Assembly (NCBI GenBank): GCA_022791255.1
Contig: JAAVYR010000016.1
Span: forward strand, 64,497-128,496
Direction: 5' to 3'
DNA: 64,000 bases
Origin: Peptococcaceae bacterium
GTDB taxonomy: Bacteria > Bacillota > Dehalobacteriia > UBA4068 > JAAVYR01
Shown here: positions 9,172 through 21,408 of the stretch, in pieces
Position numbering within the stretch: position 1 is the stretch's first letter
How the letters are laid out: each line of letters opens with the position of its first letter
Translations under genes and position numbers: made by a program
Notes under the pieces: model-generated
Seen by the model: only the letters and a program-made list of their open reading frames with translations
What the model was told of the DNA's origin: nothing
Database searches by the model: none

Positions 9172-9980
9172 ATGCGCCCCTCCTTGCCTTCCCAATAAAA
9201 CAGAAAGATAATCATTCCTAGGATAAACAGAAAGCTTCCGCCTGGCCATTGACGATAGCTGCCAAAGAAAAAGCAGCCAAACGCCCCCAGCCAACAAATA
9301 AGACCTAGGGTATCCCGCCATTGCCAAGGATACGCTCGTACAGAGCTGCCATGACAAAGCCCATAACCACGACTATTAACGCTATCTACCGTCTCCATGC
9401 CCCACTGGATAGACCAGCCAGCAAAGGCATAGAGGCTGTCTCCTATGGCCTTGCAACGCTGCCGGAGAGATAGACTATCCTGCCTCGCCCCTTTTCCCAT
9501 AGCAAGGATTTGCCACTTTTCTTCCATATTTTTTTTGCAGCGGGCAAATATCCCACCAGAGAAGAGAAACACCATCGCCGTCTGGGGAAGCACCTTCCGC
9601 CACAACCAGAGCCATTTATCCCTGGGAAATACCTGTACTGCCACCTGCCAAAAGAGCAGCAGAGACAGAAGCAACACTCCCATATACAAGCCGTAAAGCA
9701 AACCTTCTTTTAAGACAGGCCGACCAAAAAAATAAAAGAGGATTTCTCTTCCTCTGTTATAAAAGAACAGGTTAAATAAGACTGTTACCGCAGTAAGGAG
9801 CAAGTACCATTTTAAGGCTGCCACTCCCTGCCGCCCTCGCCGCCAAAAATACCAGATAAGATTAAAAGCAGCCAGCAGCAAGCCATAGGGAGACTGGGCG
9901 TAGAAAAACATGGCAAAGAGCCATGCACCCAACACGCACAGCAACACCAGCGGATGAAGTTTAGCGATGCCCCAATCCAT
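9150..9980 (-). CDS. ecfT: ECF transporter transmembrane (T) component, EcfT/CbiQ family
   Basis: 276-aa polytopic membrane protein, first gene of the operon, overlapping the ATPase gene start. Confidence 0.55.
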   Translation of the reverse strand: MDWGIAKLHPLVLLCVLGAWLFAMFFYAQSPYGLLLAAFNLIWYFWRRGRQGVAALKWYLLLTAVTVLFNLFFYNRGREILFYFFGRPVLKEGLLYGLYMGVLLLSLLLFWQVAVQVFPRDKWLWLWRKVLPQTAMVFLFSGGIFARCKKNMEEKWQILAMGKGARQDSLSLRQRCKAIGDSLYAFAGWSIQWGMETVDSVNSRGYGLCHGSSVRAYPWQWRDTLGLICWLGAFGCFFFGSYRQWPGGSFLFILGMIIFLFYWEGKEGRIWRNYTK

Positions 9981-10232
9981 AGAGAGATCCTTTCCTTTTT
10001 ACAGCTATTCACTACAACGCAAATACTTTGGGAATGTTTCTCTTTCTTCTTTTACAAAAAGAACAAGCAAAGCCAGCCCAAAGTATTTGTGTTCTACCTA
10101 TTATAATTGATAGTACCATTTTTCCAAATTTTTAGCAAATGATAACACTTTGATAACATTGTGATTGTAGATTTTTAAATTTAATCCCGTCATAATAAAG
10201 TGAGACTATTTATAAGGAGGTAATTTTTCCCC

Positions 10233-10685
10233 GTCATCCTGAGGGGCTTTGCCCCGAAGGATCTTTAAATACTTTCTCGGGGAGCCGCCGCCTGTTTGAC
10301 GCGGGGAACGCTAACTTCTGGCGAGGCTGTTACTAGGTCAACCAGGCGGCAGTTTTGCTTCTTTTTCTAAAAGAAGTTAAAGACTTACCCAAAGGAACTT
10401 ATAGCATTTGCCCTTCTGTCAAAAGTACAATGTATATATTTAATAGTCACTTTCTACCGCTGACAGCTGGGCAAGTACGAATAATTTACTTTGGGCTCGC
10501 TTTGCCTGTTCTTTTAAGAAAAGAACCAAAATCGCAATCTGGTTGCCTTCCCCATTTACGAAAAGATCCTTCGCATTTGCTAACGCTCTGCTCAGGATGA
10601 CATAGAGAGACAGTGTCTACTTCTGATTGTCATCCTGAGGGGCATTTGCCCTGAAGGATCCTTCGCTTTCGCTTAGGATGACAAT
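10233..10685. mobile_element. non-autonomous MITE-like element, copy A
   Basis: GTCATCCTGAGG at 10233-10244 and its inverse CTCAGGATGAC at 10591-10601. A 65-nt 5' module and a 208-bp core (10341-10548) are about 90% identical to copy B at 23163-23371. An extra hairpin unit lies at 10629-10685. No intact ORF: the 81-aa ORF shares 15 aa with the copy-B ORF and then frameshifts. Confidence 0.45.
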
Positions 10686-10719
10686 ATGCATTACTTTTAT
10701 TTCTAGGAGGAACTATTTT

Positions 10720-11016
10720 ATGAAAAGCATTCTATACGACCTTTACTATGGCAATATCGACCCATCATCTTTCTATGAACCTCTGTTAAAAGAACATCGC
10801 AATTTCTTACGACGAAAATTTAATTCCCTTGATACGCTAAAGGATGAGCTTGATAAAGATTACCCTCAATTAGAAAACATCTTTGAGGAAGTGTCTGATT
10901 TTGCTTTTATAGAAGCTCGCTGGGATACATCTAATGCCTTCATGCAGGGTTTTTCTATGGGTGCTCGCATGATAGCTGAGGCTTACTGTATGGACCTTTC
11001 CGCCAAAGATAATTAA
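10720..11016 (+). CDS. hypothetical protein (98 aa)
   Basis: ORF starting at MKSILYDLYYGN immediately 3' of repeat element A, followed by a bidirectional terminator. Confidence 0.35.
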   Translation: MKSILYDLYYGNIDPSSFYEPLLKEHRNFLRRKFNSLDTLKDELDKDYPQLENIFEEVSDFAFIEARWDTSNAFMQGFSMGARMIAEAYCMDLSAKDN

Positions 11017-11030
11017 GAAATACTTAACAA

Positions 11031-11062
11031 AAAAGGTCCTTCCCGTGGGAAGGACCTTTGCA
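11031..11062. terminator. bidirectional terminator between the hypothetical gene and serS
   Basis: AAAAAAGGTCCTTCCC-gtg-GGAAGGACCTTT hairpin. Confidence 0.5.
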
Positions 11063-11080
11063 CATTCTTTTTCAGCTTTG

Positions 11081-12364
11081 CTATTTTTGGATAGCAGGAA
11101 TTTCCGTAACGCCACCCATGTAAGGCACAAGAACATCCGGGATTTTTACACTGCCGTCTGCTTGCTGGTAGTTTTCCAGGATAGCCGCTACCGTCCGTCC
11201 TACGGCAAGACCGGAGCCATTTAAGGTGTGAACAAATTCCGGTTTGCTGTTTGCATCCCGACGGAAGCGGATATTCGCACGCCGCGCTTGAAAATCTACA
11301 AAGTTGGAGCAAGAGGAGATTTCTTTATAAGCATTGTAGCTGGGCAGCCACACTTCCAGGTCATAAGTTTTGCTGGAGGAGAAGCCCAAGTCCCCGGTAC
11401 AAAGAATAATTACCCGATAAGGCAGCCCCAAGAGTTGCAATACTTTTTCTGCATGGCCCGTTAATTTTTCCAGTTCTTCATCGCTTTCTTCCGGCTTGGT
11501 AAATTTCACCATTTCCACCTTGTTAAATTGATGTTGGCGGATGATACCTCTGGTATCTCTCCCTGCAGAGCCTGCCTCTGCCCGGAAGCAGGCAGAATAT
11601 GCCGTGTGAGAGAGAGGTAGTTGGTCAGCAGAGAGGATTTCATCCCGATACATATTGGTAACGGTTACTTCTGCCGTAGGGATAAGGTAGTAGTCCAAGC
11701 CTTCCAATTTAAACATATCTTCAGAGAATTTTGGTAGTTGTCCCGTGCCAATCATGCTAGCACTATTGGCGATGAAAGGAGTAAACATTTCCGTGTAGCC
11801 ATCTTCCTGGGTATGGGTATCTAAGAAAAAGTTGGTGACCGCCCGTTCCAGCCTTGCACCCAACCCTTTATAGAGGGTAAACCGCGCGCCGGTAAGTTTT
11901 GCACCTCGCGCAAAGTCTAGGATATCCAAGTCTTCGCCAATATCCCAGTGAGCTTTGAAATCAAAATCGAAGTCTCTGGGCGTGCCCCACTTGCGGATTT
12001 CTACATTATCATCTTCAGAAGTCCCTACCGGCACGCAGCCTTGGGGAATATTAGGGATGGTGAGGATTTCCGATTGGATTTTTGCATCAATCTCTGCTAA
12101 TACCTGGTCTTTAGCAGCGATTTCATCCCCCAGCTTCCGGGTAGCTTCCATTTGTTCGCTTGCATCTTTCCCTTGTTGTTTTAAGATGCCGATTTCTTTA
12201 GAAGCTGCATTCCGGGTTGCTTTCATTTGTTCTACTTCTGTTAGCAGCGCCCGCCGTTCCTGTTCTAGTTTTAAGAAGCCATCCAGAGAAACTTTACCGC
12301 CCCTTTTGGCCAAGGCTTCTTCTACAATTTGCTGATTTTCACGAATAAATTTAATATCCAGCAT
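11081..12364 (-). CDS. serS: serine--tRNA ligase
   Basis: [12 protein letters not shown]-terminus with a coiled-coil arm. Class II synthetase motifs ([43 protein letters not shown]). Confidence 0.9.
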   Translation of the reverse strand: MLDIKFIRENQQIVEEALAKRGGKVSLDGFLKLEQERRALLTEVEQMKATRNAASKEIGILKQQGKDASEQMEATRKLGDEIAAKDQVLAEIDAKIQSEILTIPNIPQGCVPVGTSEDDNVEIRKWGTPRDFDFDFKAHWDIGEDLDILDFARGAKLTGARFTLYKGLGARLERAVTNFFLDTHTQEDGYTEMFTPFIANSASMIGTGQLPKFSEDMFKLEGLDYYLIPTAEVTVTNMYRDEILSADQLPLSHTAYSACFRAEAGSAGRDTRGIIRQHQFNKVEMVKFTKPEESDEELEKLTGHAEKVLQLLGLPYRVIILCTGDLGFSSSKTYDLEVWLPSYNAYKEISSCSNFVDFQARRANIRFRRDANSKPEFVHTLNGSGLAVGRTVAAILENYQQADGSVKIPDVLVPYMGGVTEIPAIQK

Positions 12365-12570
12365 ATCTTTGCCCCCTATCAACGATTATCTCAAATAGGA
12401 AAACTATATTCTTTTCCACTCATGATACTGTTATTTTTATATTATACCCATATTTGGCCCCAATTACCAGCCTTTTCCTAAAAATCTTCCTTCAGATCAT
12501 CGAAAATGATACTAAATAAAAAGAGATACAGCCAATATCTGTATCTCTTTTTATCAATATCGTCTTACAA

Positions 12571-13086
12571 TCAAATATTATTATGCAACATATACAAGAT
12601 CAAAGACTCCGTATCAAATATATACACATCGTAATTCTCATATTTTTCATACTGAAAACCAGTTCTAGGATGAGGCGGCTCTGAACATTTATCAACAATA
12701 TAGAAATAATCTGTTTCAGAAAGACATTCTACATTAAAATCATATGCAGGAAAATAATCTGTATGCTTCACCCATCTCTCAAAATCATCCACATAATGGC
12801 TGATTTCCAGAATATCTGATGTTTCCATCTTTTTTAAGCATGGATTATTCTCTAGATGAGACAGAACCTCTTCTGAATAACACCTTTTTTCATAAATGGT
12901 ATAATCTTGAAAACCGTCACTGCAATAATATGCTTCTGATATAGGTTTAGGCAAACTGGCAATAACAGAGTCGGGATGAGATATATCATAAACAAGAAAA
13001 TATCCTCCCATCAAAGCGAATAAACTAAGAAAAAAAACAACAAAACCACCAACAATACAAAAGACAATCAAAAAGAATTTTTTCAA
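12571..13086 (-). CDS. hypothetical membrane-anchored protein (171 aa), low-GC gene
   Basis: N-terminal transmembrane segment and a Tyr/Asp/Glu-rich extracytoplasmic part. About 35% GC versus about 50% in the flanks. Confidence 0.45.
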   Translation of the reverse strand: MKKFFLIVFCIVGGFVVFFLSLFALMGGYFLVYDISHPDSVIASLPKPISEAYYCSDGFQDYTIYEKRCYSEEVLSHLENNPCLKKMETSDILEISHYVDDFERWVKHTDYFPAYDFNVECLSETDYFYIVDKCSEPPHPRTGFQYEKYENYDVYIFDTESLILYMLHNNI

Positions 13087-13249
13087 ACATCTTCACCTCT
13101 TTGCTTTCACTGGCATTGTAACAAAGAAATAGCTGCTTTTATATAGTGATTTTTGCTGCATCTTGCAACAAATTGTCGAAGAAAGTCGAAGATGTGTTCT
13201 TGCTAAGCATCGCAATCATCTAAAGTTTCTCTTTTTCTTATCTCCAATA

Positions 13250-13285
13250 AAAAAGAGACTGCATAGACTATGCAATCTCTTTTTA
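13250..13285 (-). terminator. rho-independent terminator after gyrA
   Basis: AAAAGAGACTGCATAG-act-ATGCAATCTCTTTTT hairpin just downstream of the gyrA stop. Confidence 0.5.
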
Positions 13286-13292
13286 TTTTTAT

Positions 13293-15788
13293 TTATTGCA
13301 ATGGCAATTCTTCTTGATTAAGCCGTTCCCCAGTTTCATCATCTGTACCAGTGGGGTCGTCCTTACCACCGATGACTTTTGCCATATCGATAACAGCGTC
13401 TCCTTCGCCCAGGCGGATAAGGGTTACCCCATGGGCATAGCGCCCTTGTTGAGAAATATCGTCCACATTGATACGGATGATAATACCTTCTCGGGACATA
13501 ATCATCATTTCATCGCCGGGACGTACCACTTCGATGGCGGCAAGCTTCCCAGTCTTTTCATTGCAGCGGAGAGCAAATACCCCTTTGCCGCCCCGGCCCG
13601 TCTGACGGAAGTCTGCTACCGGCGTCCGTTTCCCATAGCCCCGTTCAGAAACGACTAATAGTTCGCCGCCTTCTTGGACGGTATCCATGCTGACTACATA
13701 GTCATCGTCAGCCAGACGAATGCCTCGCACACCGCGGGTAACTCTGCCCATGGGACGAACATCTTCTTCAGAGAAGCGAATGGCTGCCCCATCTGCCGTA
13801 GAGAGAATGATTTCCTCATCACCTTTGGTCAGCTTCACCCCAATGAGACGGTCACCGTCATCCAGCTTGATAGCCTGGAGACCATCGCGACGGGAAGAGT
13901 CATAGTCAGTGAGTAAACTCTTCTTTACAGTGCCTTGGGCCGTAGCCATAAAGAGATAATATTCATCCGTAAATTGCTTTACCGGAATAACTGCCGTTAC
14001 TTCATCTTCCCCGGTTAAGTTCAATAGGTTGACAAGAGCAGTACCTTTGGCAGTCCGTCCCGCTTCAGGAATTTCATGGACCTTAAGGCGGAAGCACTTA
14101 CCTTTGTCCGTAAAGAACATCAGGTAGTTGTGGGTGGTGGTAATAAAGAGCTTATCGACAAAGTCTTCCTGTTTGGTAGACATGGCCGTTACCCCTCTGC
14201 CACCCCGCTTCTGCTGACGGTAAGTACCTACTGGGATGCGTTTGATATAGCCGTTGTTGGTAATGGTAATAACTACATCTTCATCAGCGATTAAGTCTTC
14301 GACAGACAAATCACCCTCGTCATAGGTGATGACCGTTCTTCTTTCGTCACCGAATTTATCTTTAATAGCGGTGATTTCTTCTTTGATGATAGAAAGAACC
14401 AGCTGTTCATTGCTTAATACCTCTTGGAGATAAGCAATGGTTTTAATCAGTTCTCTGTATTCGTCTTCCAGCTTTTCCCGTTCCAAGCCTGTTAATGCCC
14501 GCAAGCGCATTTCCAAGATTGCCTGGGTTTGCTTTTCAGAGAGGCCAAAGCGTGCCATGAGTTTTTCCTTGGCTTCAGCAGTAGAGGCAGCAGAGCGAAT
14601 GGTGGCTACCACTTCGTCGATGAAGTCTAGCGCAATCTTTAACCCTTCTACAATATGGGCCCGGGCTTCCGCCTTGGCTAAATCAAAGCGGCTGCGGCGA
14701 ACAATAACATCTTCTTGGTGCTTAATATAGTGCGTCAAAATCTGCTTTAAGTTTAATACTCTTGGCACACCGTCTACCAGCGCCAGCATAATAGCGCCGA
14801 AGGTTTCTTGCATTTGGGTGTGTTTATAGAGCTGGTTTAGGATGACATTACCGTTGACATCCCGTCTGAGCTCGATGACAACCCGCATGCCTTCCCGGTC
14901 ACTTTCGTCCCGTAGGTCGGTGATGCCATCAATTTTCTTATCCCGCACCAGTTCGGCAATGCGTTCGATTAAGCGAGCTTTATTTACCTGATAAGGAAGT
15001 TCCGTCACCACGATACGCTGTTTGCCATTAGACATTTGCTCGATGACAGAACGTGCCCGTACACGGATAGCGCCACGGCCTGTTTCATAAGCAGAAGCAA
15101 TACCGTCTGTACCTAAGATAATGCCGGCAGTAGGAAAGTCAGGCCCTTTAATATACTGCCGCAATCCTTTGATATCAATATCTGGGTTATCGATTAAAGC
15201 GACAACACCGTCAATGACCTCCCCTAAATTGTGAGGAGGGATATTGGTAGCCATCCCCACGGCAATCCCAGAGGAACCATTAACTAATAAATTTGGGAAA
15301 CGGGCCGGGAGCACGGTAGGCTCTTGGTCGTCACCGTCATAGTTAGGCATGAAATCAACGGTGTCTTTGTTTAAGTCCGTCATCATTTCCAGAGCGATTT
15401 TCTGCATACGAACTTCCGTATAACGCATAGCAGCCGCCGAGTCGCCGTCTACAGAACCAAAGTTGCCATGACCGTCAACGAGAGGCATTCTGAGAGAGAA
15501 GTCCTGGGCCAAACGAACGATGGTATCATACACCGCTGTATCGCCGTGTGGATGATACTTCCCTAAAACATCCCCTACTACACGGGCAGATTTTTTATGA
15601 GGTTTATCCGGCGTTACCCCTTGCTCATACATGGAGTAAAGCACCCGACGGTGAACAGGCTTCAAGCCGTCCCGCACATCAGGAAGAGCACGCCCAACGA
15701 TAACACTCATGGCATATTCGATATATGAGTCTTTCATTTCCCGTTCTACATTGACGGGAACGATTTTGCCATTGATAAATTCTTCCAT
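13293..15788 (-). CDS. gyrA: DNA gyrase subunit A
   Basis: 831 aa. Active-site region [10 protein letters not shown] and QRDR-like segment [12 protein letters not shown]-terminal beta-pinwheel repeats. Confidence 0.95.
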   Translation of the reverse strand: MEEFINGKIVPVNVEREMKDSYIEYAMSVIVGRALPDVRDGLKPVHRRVLYSMYEQGVTPDKPHKKSARVVGDVLGKYHPHGDTAVYDTIVRLAQDFSLRMPLVDGHGNFGSVDGDSAAAMRYTEVRMQKIALEMMTDLNKDTVDFMPNYDGDDQEPTVLPARFPNLLVNGSSGIAVGMATNIPPHNLGEVIDGVVALIDNPDIDIKGLRQYIKGPDFPTAGIILGTDGIASAYETGRGAIRVRARSVIEQMSNGKQRIVVTELPYQVNKARLIERIAELVRDKKIDGITDLRDESDREGMRVVIELRRDVNGNVILNQLYKHTQMQETFGAIMLALVDGVPRVLNLKQILTHYIKHQEDVIVRRSRFDLAKAEARAHIVEGLKIALDFIDEVVATIRSAASTAEAKEKLMARFGLSEKQTQAILEMRLRALTGLEREKLEDEYRELIKTIAYLQEVLSNEQLVLSIIKEEITAIKDKFGDERRTVITYDEGDLSVEDLIADEDVVITITNNGYIKRIPVGTYRQQKRGGRGVTAMSTKQEDFVDKLFITTTHNYLMFFTDKGKCFRLKVHEIPEAGRTAKGTALVNLLNLTGEDEVTAVIPVKQFTDEYYLFMATAQGTVKKSLLTDYDSSRRDGLQAIKLDDGDRLIGVKLTKGDEEIILSTADGAAIRFSEEDVRPMGRVTRGVRGIRLADDDYVVSMDTVQEGGELLVVSERGYGKRTPVADFRQTGRGGKGVFALRCNEKTGKLAAIEVVRPGDEMMIMSREGIIIRINVDDISQQGRYAHGVTLIRLGEGDAVIDMAKVIGGKDDPTGTDDETGERLNQEELPLQ

Positions 15789-15821
15789 ATATTATGTTCC
15801 TCCTATAAAACCAAGGCTCTT

Positions 15822-17765
<1,944 letters not shown>

Positions 17766-17906
17766 TCACTCCTTTATCTATTTTACAAGGATTGCACACC
17801 TTGTTTTACTGCATATTTCCTGGGAGCATCCATAAAAAATCAGCAATGGAAATTCACCCTAGACAATCTAAATTATACCATAATCTTTATGGTATCACAA
17901 GAAAAA

Positions 17907-18923
17907 TTAACCAGAAAAAGTCGCCTTCATCTGCTGGTAGACCTCTTGATGACAAGGTGTAGACACGCCTAAGCACTTCCCCCATTTCAGCAAATACCCA
18001 TTCAGATAATCAATCTCCGTTTTACGATGATAAGCCGTATCCTGATACATAGAAGAATAGTTTTCTGCTGTTGCGGCAATGGTTTCTGCTAAAGCTTCCG
18101 TTACTGTAGCAGCCGGAAGAAAGTCCTCTCGCCCCAGCACCTCCCGACCATAACCATGAGCCACGGCTATTCCTTCTGCTAAAAGTCCTTCTTTCCACCT
18201 ACGCTGTTCCCCCGTTAAATCATGAGAAGCCAGCCCCCCATTAGGTATTTGCCAAAGAGCGGTCAGCGGGTTAATCACACTATTGACTAAAAGCTTTCGC
18301 CACATCTCGTCAACAAAGTTTTCCGCATAAAAGCACATTGGCAACAAAGATAAAATTTCAGCAAGCACCTTTTTACTTGCTTCACTCTCTACATAGCCAT
18401 GAGAAGCAGGAGGTAGGCTGCCCCAATAGACAGCTCCCTCGCCTCTGGCAGAGACTTCACCGGGATTTACTAGATACGCCCCCTGGAAAGATACCGCAAA
18501 GAATACCTGTCCCAGTTTGGGCAAACATGGCGCTAACCTTCCCTGCTGCTGCCATAAGGTAAGCAAAGACTCCCCACCAAAGCCCGCACCGTTGGCCAAA
18601 CACAACACCGGAATACCGGCAGGCAAAAGCGGCAAAAGCTCCGCCAAAACGGTATCCACCTGATAGGCCTTGACAGCAAGGATAACGCTATCCAACCTAG
18701 AGAGAGGTAACGCTTCCATTTGGTTTACTACCGTAATGGGGATTTTTCTCGTTTCACCGAGCACTGGATGAAAACAAATATTGCCCAGCTCTTGCATTAC
18801 GCCATAGCGCTCCTGGTCTTTTTCCACCACCCATAGGTCAGCTACCCCTGCAAGTCCTAAAAGCCCAGCCCATAAAGAACCCATCGCTCCTCCGCCGATG
18901 ATAGCCATTGCCATAAGACCCAC
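17907..18923 (-). CDS. panE: 2-dehydropantoate 2-reductase (ketopantoate reductase, ApbA/PanE family)
   Basis: Rossmann GGGAMG motif at the N-terminus. C-terminal SSMYQDTAYHRKTEIDYLNGYL matches the PanE signature. Co-oriented directly downstream of panB. The true start is probably the MAIIGG Met. Confidence 0.7.
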   Translation of the reverse strand: MGLMAMAIIGGGAMGSLWAGLLGLAGVADLWVVEKDQERYGVMQELGNICFHPVLGETRKIPITVVNQMEALPLSRLDSVILAVKAYQVDTVLAELLPLLPAGIPVLCLANGAGFGGESLLTLWQQQGRLAPCLPKLGQVFFAVSFQGAYLVNPGEVSARGEGAVYWGSLPPASHGYVESEASKKVLAEILSLLPMCFYAENFVDEMWRKLLVNSVINPLTALWQIPNGGLASHDLTGEQRRWKEGLLAEGIAVAHGYGREVLGREDFLPAATVTEALAETIAATAENYSSMYQDTAYHRKTEIDYLNGYLLKWGKCLGVSTPCHQEVYQQMKATFSG

Positions 18924-19010
18924 CTCCTTCTTGTCGTCCTTGTATAAACAGAAGGAGAGGGCACCCCTCTCCTTATAAAATCCAGTAAATTTACCATATT
19001 GTCATCCTGT

Positions 19011-19847
19011 TTAGTAAATCTTTTTTAATTCTTCTGCATCCATGGCAAAACTATGGGCCTCATCTGGGAAAGCACCGCTTTTTACATCTGCTGCAAATTC
19101 ATTAAAGGCCTGCAGAATAGTATCGCCTAATTGGGCATATTTCTTTACGAAAACTTGGTTAAAGGCGCTGTCAAAACCCAGCATATCGTGGAGCACCAAT
19201 ACTTGTCCATCACAATCTGCCCCGGCACCAATGCCAATGGTAGGTACATCTAATTTTTCCGTTACCATGGCAGCTACTTCTTTGGTAACGCATTCTAAGA
19301 GCACGCAAAAGGCCCCCGCTTCCTCTAAAGTTTGCGCTGCTTCCACCAGGGCATAAGCAGCTTCTTCATTGCGGCCCTGGATTTTATATCCCCCCAGCTT
19401 CGAGACTGTCTGCGGCGTCAGCCCAATGTGCGCCATGACAGGGATACCCATTTTTACCATAGCCTGCACGGTGAGGGCGATTTCTTCCCCGCCTTCGATT
19501 TTCACCCCATGAGCGCCGCCTTCCTTCATCAGGCGGATTGCACTTTCGATGGCTTGTTCTTTCCCGCATTGATAAGAACCAAAGGGCATATCGGCAATGA
19601 CTAATGTGTTTTTCACCGCACGAGCCACAGGACGGGTATGATGGATCATATCCTCTAGCGTTACCGGTACCGTCGTATCATATCCTAGCATCACATTGCC
19701 CAGGGAGTCCCCGACCAAGATAATATCAGCGTCACTTGCTTCGGCAATTTTAGCAAAAGCATAGTCATAGGCCGTTACCATAACGATTTTTTCGCCTTTT
19801 TCTTTTTTCAGTTGTAAGCCGGGAATTGTCACTTTTTTCTTTGCCAT
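19011..19847 (-). CDS. panB: 3-methyl-2-oxobutanoate hydroxymethyltransferase
   Basis: VMVTAYDYAFAKI, ILVGDSLGNVMLGYDTT and GAHGVKIEGG motifs. Confidence 0.9.
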   Translation of the reverse strand: MAKKKVTIPGLQLKKEKGEKIVMVTAYDYAFAKIAEASDADIILVGDSLGNVMLGYDTTVPVTLEDMIHHTRPVARAVKNTLVIADMPFGSYQCGKEQAIESAIRLMKEGGAHGVKIEGGEEIALTVQAMVKMGIPVMAHIGLTPQTVSKLGGYKIQGRNEEAAYALVEAAQTLEEAGAFCVLLECVTKEVAAMVTEKLDVPTIGIGAGADCDGQVLVLHDMLGFDSAFNQVFVKKYAQLGDTILQAFNEFAADVKSGAFPDEAHSFAMDAEELKKIY

Positions 19848-20223
19848 TTCCCACCAAACCTCCTTAAATCAATCCTCATTTACGCATAGTTCCAGTTGTT
19901 ATCGGATATTCTGTTTTTCAGCTATTTCTTAGCTTCCTGTTTTATGATAGAAGCCATACCCTATATATTATTTTTCATATTACTGCTATTCTACCACAAT
20001 TTTCCTGAAATGACCAGCATCCCGTCAGGAAATCCCAAAATTCTCCACTAAGAACCTATAAGAACCTGTAGGAACCCAGAGATAAACACCAGAGAAATTT
20101 AAATTAAATTGAAACTAAATAAAGCCTGTGTTAGAATATAGGTTAATCCTACAAAACTAATTAGTAGAAATTCAGATATTTGATTATGTTTGATTATGAT
20201 AGACAGAAGGAGCGTCGCTTATC

Positions 20224-21405
20224 GTGAAACAACCATATTTTACGCCAGAGAATAAAAAGCACCTGCTTATGAATGGGCTCTTAGTAGCCTTTGGCGTCTG
20301 TCTTTATTTTTATTTTATTCATATTGAAGAAATGCACGACTTCTGGGCAAAGCTGACCACCATTTTAAGTCCATTCATCATTGGAGGCATTTTTGCTTAT
20401 TTGTTGTTTCGTCCTACCATGTGGGCAGAAAAGTTACTTTTTGCACTGCCCGGCATGAAAAAAGCACCATCCAGACTGGTCCGCCTTCTCGCTATCTTAC
20501 TGGCAGTGACCTTTTTTGTGATTTTAATCGTCATCTTAATCGCCAATGTATTACCGGAATTAGTCAACAGCTTAATGACCCTGTTTAACGCTTTTCCAGA
20601 ATTATTAGCTTCCTTTGAAGAAAATATTTGGAAATGGCTAGACTCTTTAAATGAAAGCCAACAGGAATACCTGCAATCTCTAATCCATTCGACTTCTGCT
20701 TATCTGCAACAAATGGCAGCCTATCTTGCTACCCTCATCCCAGAGATTTTCAATTATTCCCGCGCTGCCTCTAAAATGCTCTTAAACATGTTTGTGGCTA
20801 TGATTATTACCGTATATCTGCTGCTGGATAAAGAAGCTTTCTTACCAAAGCTCAAACGAAATATTTTAGCAGTATTTGGCCCCGAACGAGCAACCCGCAT
20901 TAATAAGGTGGGAACACTTACCAATCACATTTTCAGCAACTTCATCGCTGGAAAGATTTTAGACTCCATCATCATTGGCGTGCTGTGCTTTGCTTGCCTT
21001 GCCTTGATGAAGATGCCCTATCATCTGCTTATCAGCGTGATTATTGGCGTTACCAATGTAATCCCATTCTTTGGACCTTTTATTGGCGCCGTACCCAGCA
21101 TTTTCCTCATCCTTATGGTAGATCCATCTAAAGCGCTGCTGCTTGCTATCTTTATCTTGATTTTGCAGCAAGTAGACGGCAATATTATCGGGCCAAAGAT
21201 TTTAGGCGACTCTCTGGGGCTGCCCTCTATCTGGATTGTCTTTGCAATCCTCGTGGGCGGCGGTCTTTTCGGCTTCATCGGGATGTTAGTAGGCGTGCCT
21301 ACCTTTGCAGTCATTTACACTTTGTTTAATGAATTTGCCGAAAAACGCATCGCCGAACAAACAGAAAACCAACCCCCAACCTTAAACACCAGCCAAGAAA
21401 AATAG
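20224..21405 (+). CDS. AI-2E family transporter (PerM/YdiK, UPF0118)
   Basis: Eight predicted transmembrane helices. The VIPFFGPFIGAVPS motif is characteristic of the family. Confidence 0.8.
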   Translation: MKQPYFTPENKKHLLMNGLLVAFGVCLYFYFIHIEEMHDFWAKLTTILSPFIIGGIFAYLLFRPTMWAEKLLFALPGMKKAPSRLVRLLAILLAVTFFVILIVILIANVLPELVNSLMTLFNAFPELLASFEENIWKWLDSLNESQQEYLQSLIHSTSAYLQQMAAYLATLIPEIFNYSRAASKMLLNMFVAMIITVYLLLDKEAFLPKLKRNILAVFGPERATRINKVGTLTNHIFSNFIAGKILDSIIIGVLCFACLALMKMPYHLLISVIIGVTNVIPFFGPFIGAVPSIFLILMVDPSKALLLAIFILILQQVDGNIIGPKILGDSLGLPSIWIVFAILVGGGLFGFIGMLVGVPTFAVIYTLFNEFAEKRIAEQTENQPPTLNTSQEK

Positions 21406-21408
21406 GAG

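Noticed and set aside
7459-9357. The 632-aa version of the ECF ATPase ORF, with a 62-aa hydrophobic N-terminal extension overlapping ecfT by about 200 nt
   Set aside because: The extension lies in the alternative frame of the ecfT 3' end and has no ABC-domain similarity. The Met at 9171 (MAELHQ) gives a normal-length EcfA-EcfA' protein with a typical short gene overlap.
10355-10600. 81-aa ORF inside repeat element A, and the analogous 82-aa ORF at 23150-23398 inside element B, as possible small protein genes
   Set aside because: The two translations share only LLF(L/Q)KEVKDLPKGTY and then diverge completely because of indels, while the nucleotide sequence stays about 90% identical. This is the conservation pattern of non-coding DNA or RNA, not of a protein.
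12365-12560. Possible T-box riboswitches upstream of serS (12365-12560) and gltX (38916-39100)
   Set aside because: The leaders are short. The serS leader is largely occupied by the upstream gene's terminator. I could not find a specifier-loop/T-box (AGGGTGGNACCGCG-like) consensus by eye. A covariance-model scan would be needed to be sure.
20170-20200. Tandem direct repeat TTTGATTATG x2 upstream of the AI-2E transporter gene as a CRISPR or iteron
   Set aside because: Only two 10-bp units with no spacers of regular length. Most likely fortuitous or a simple promoter-region repeat.
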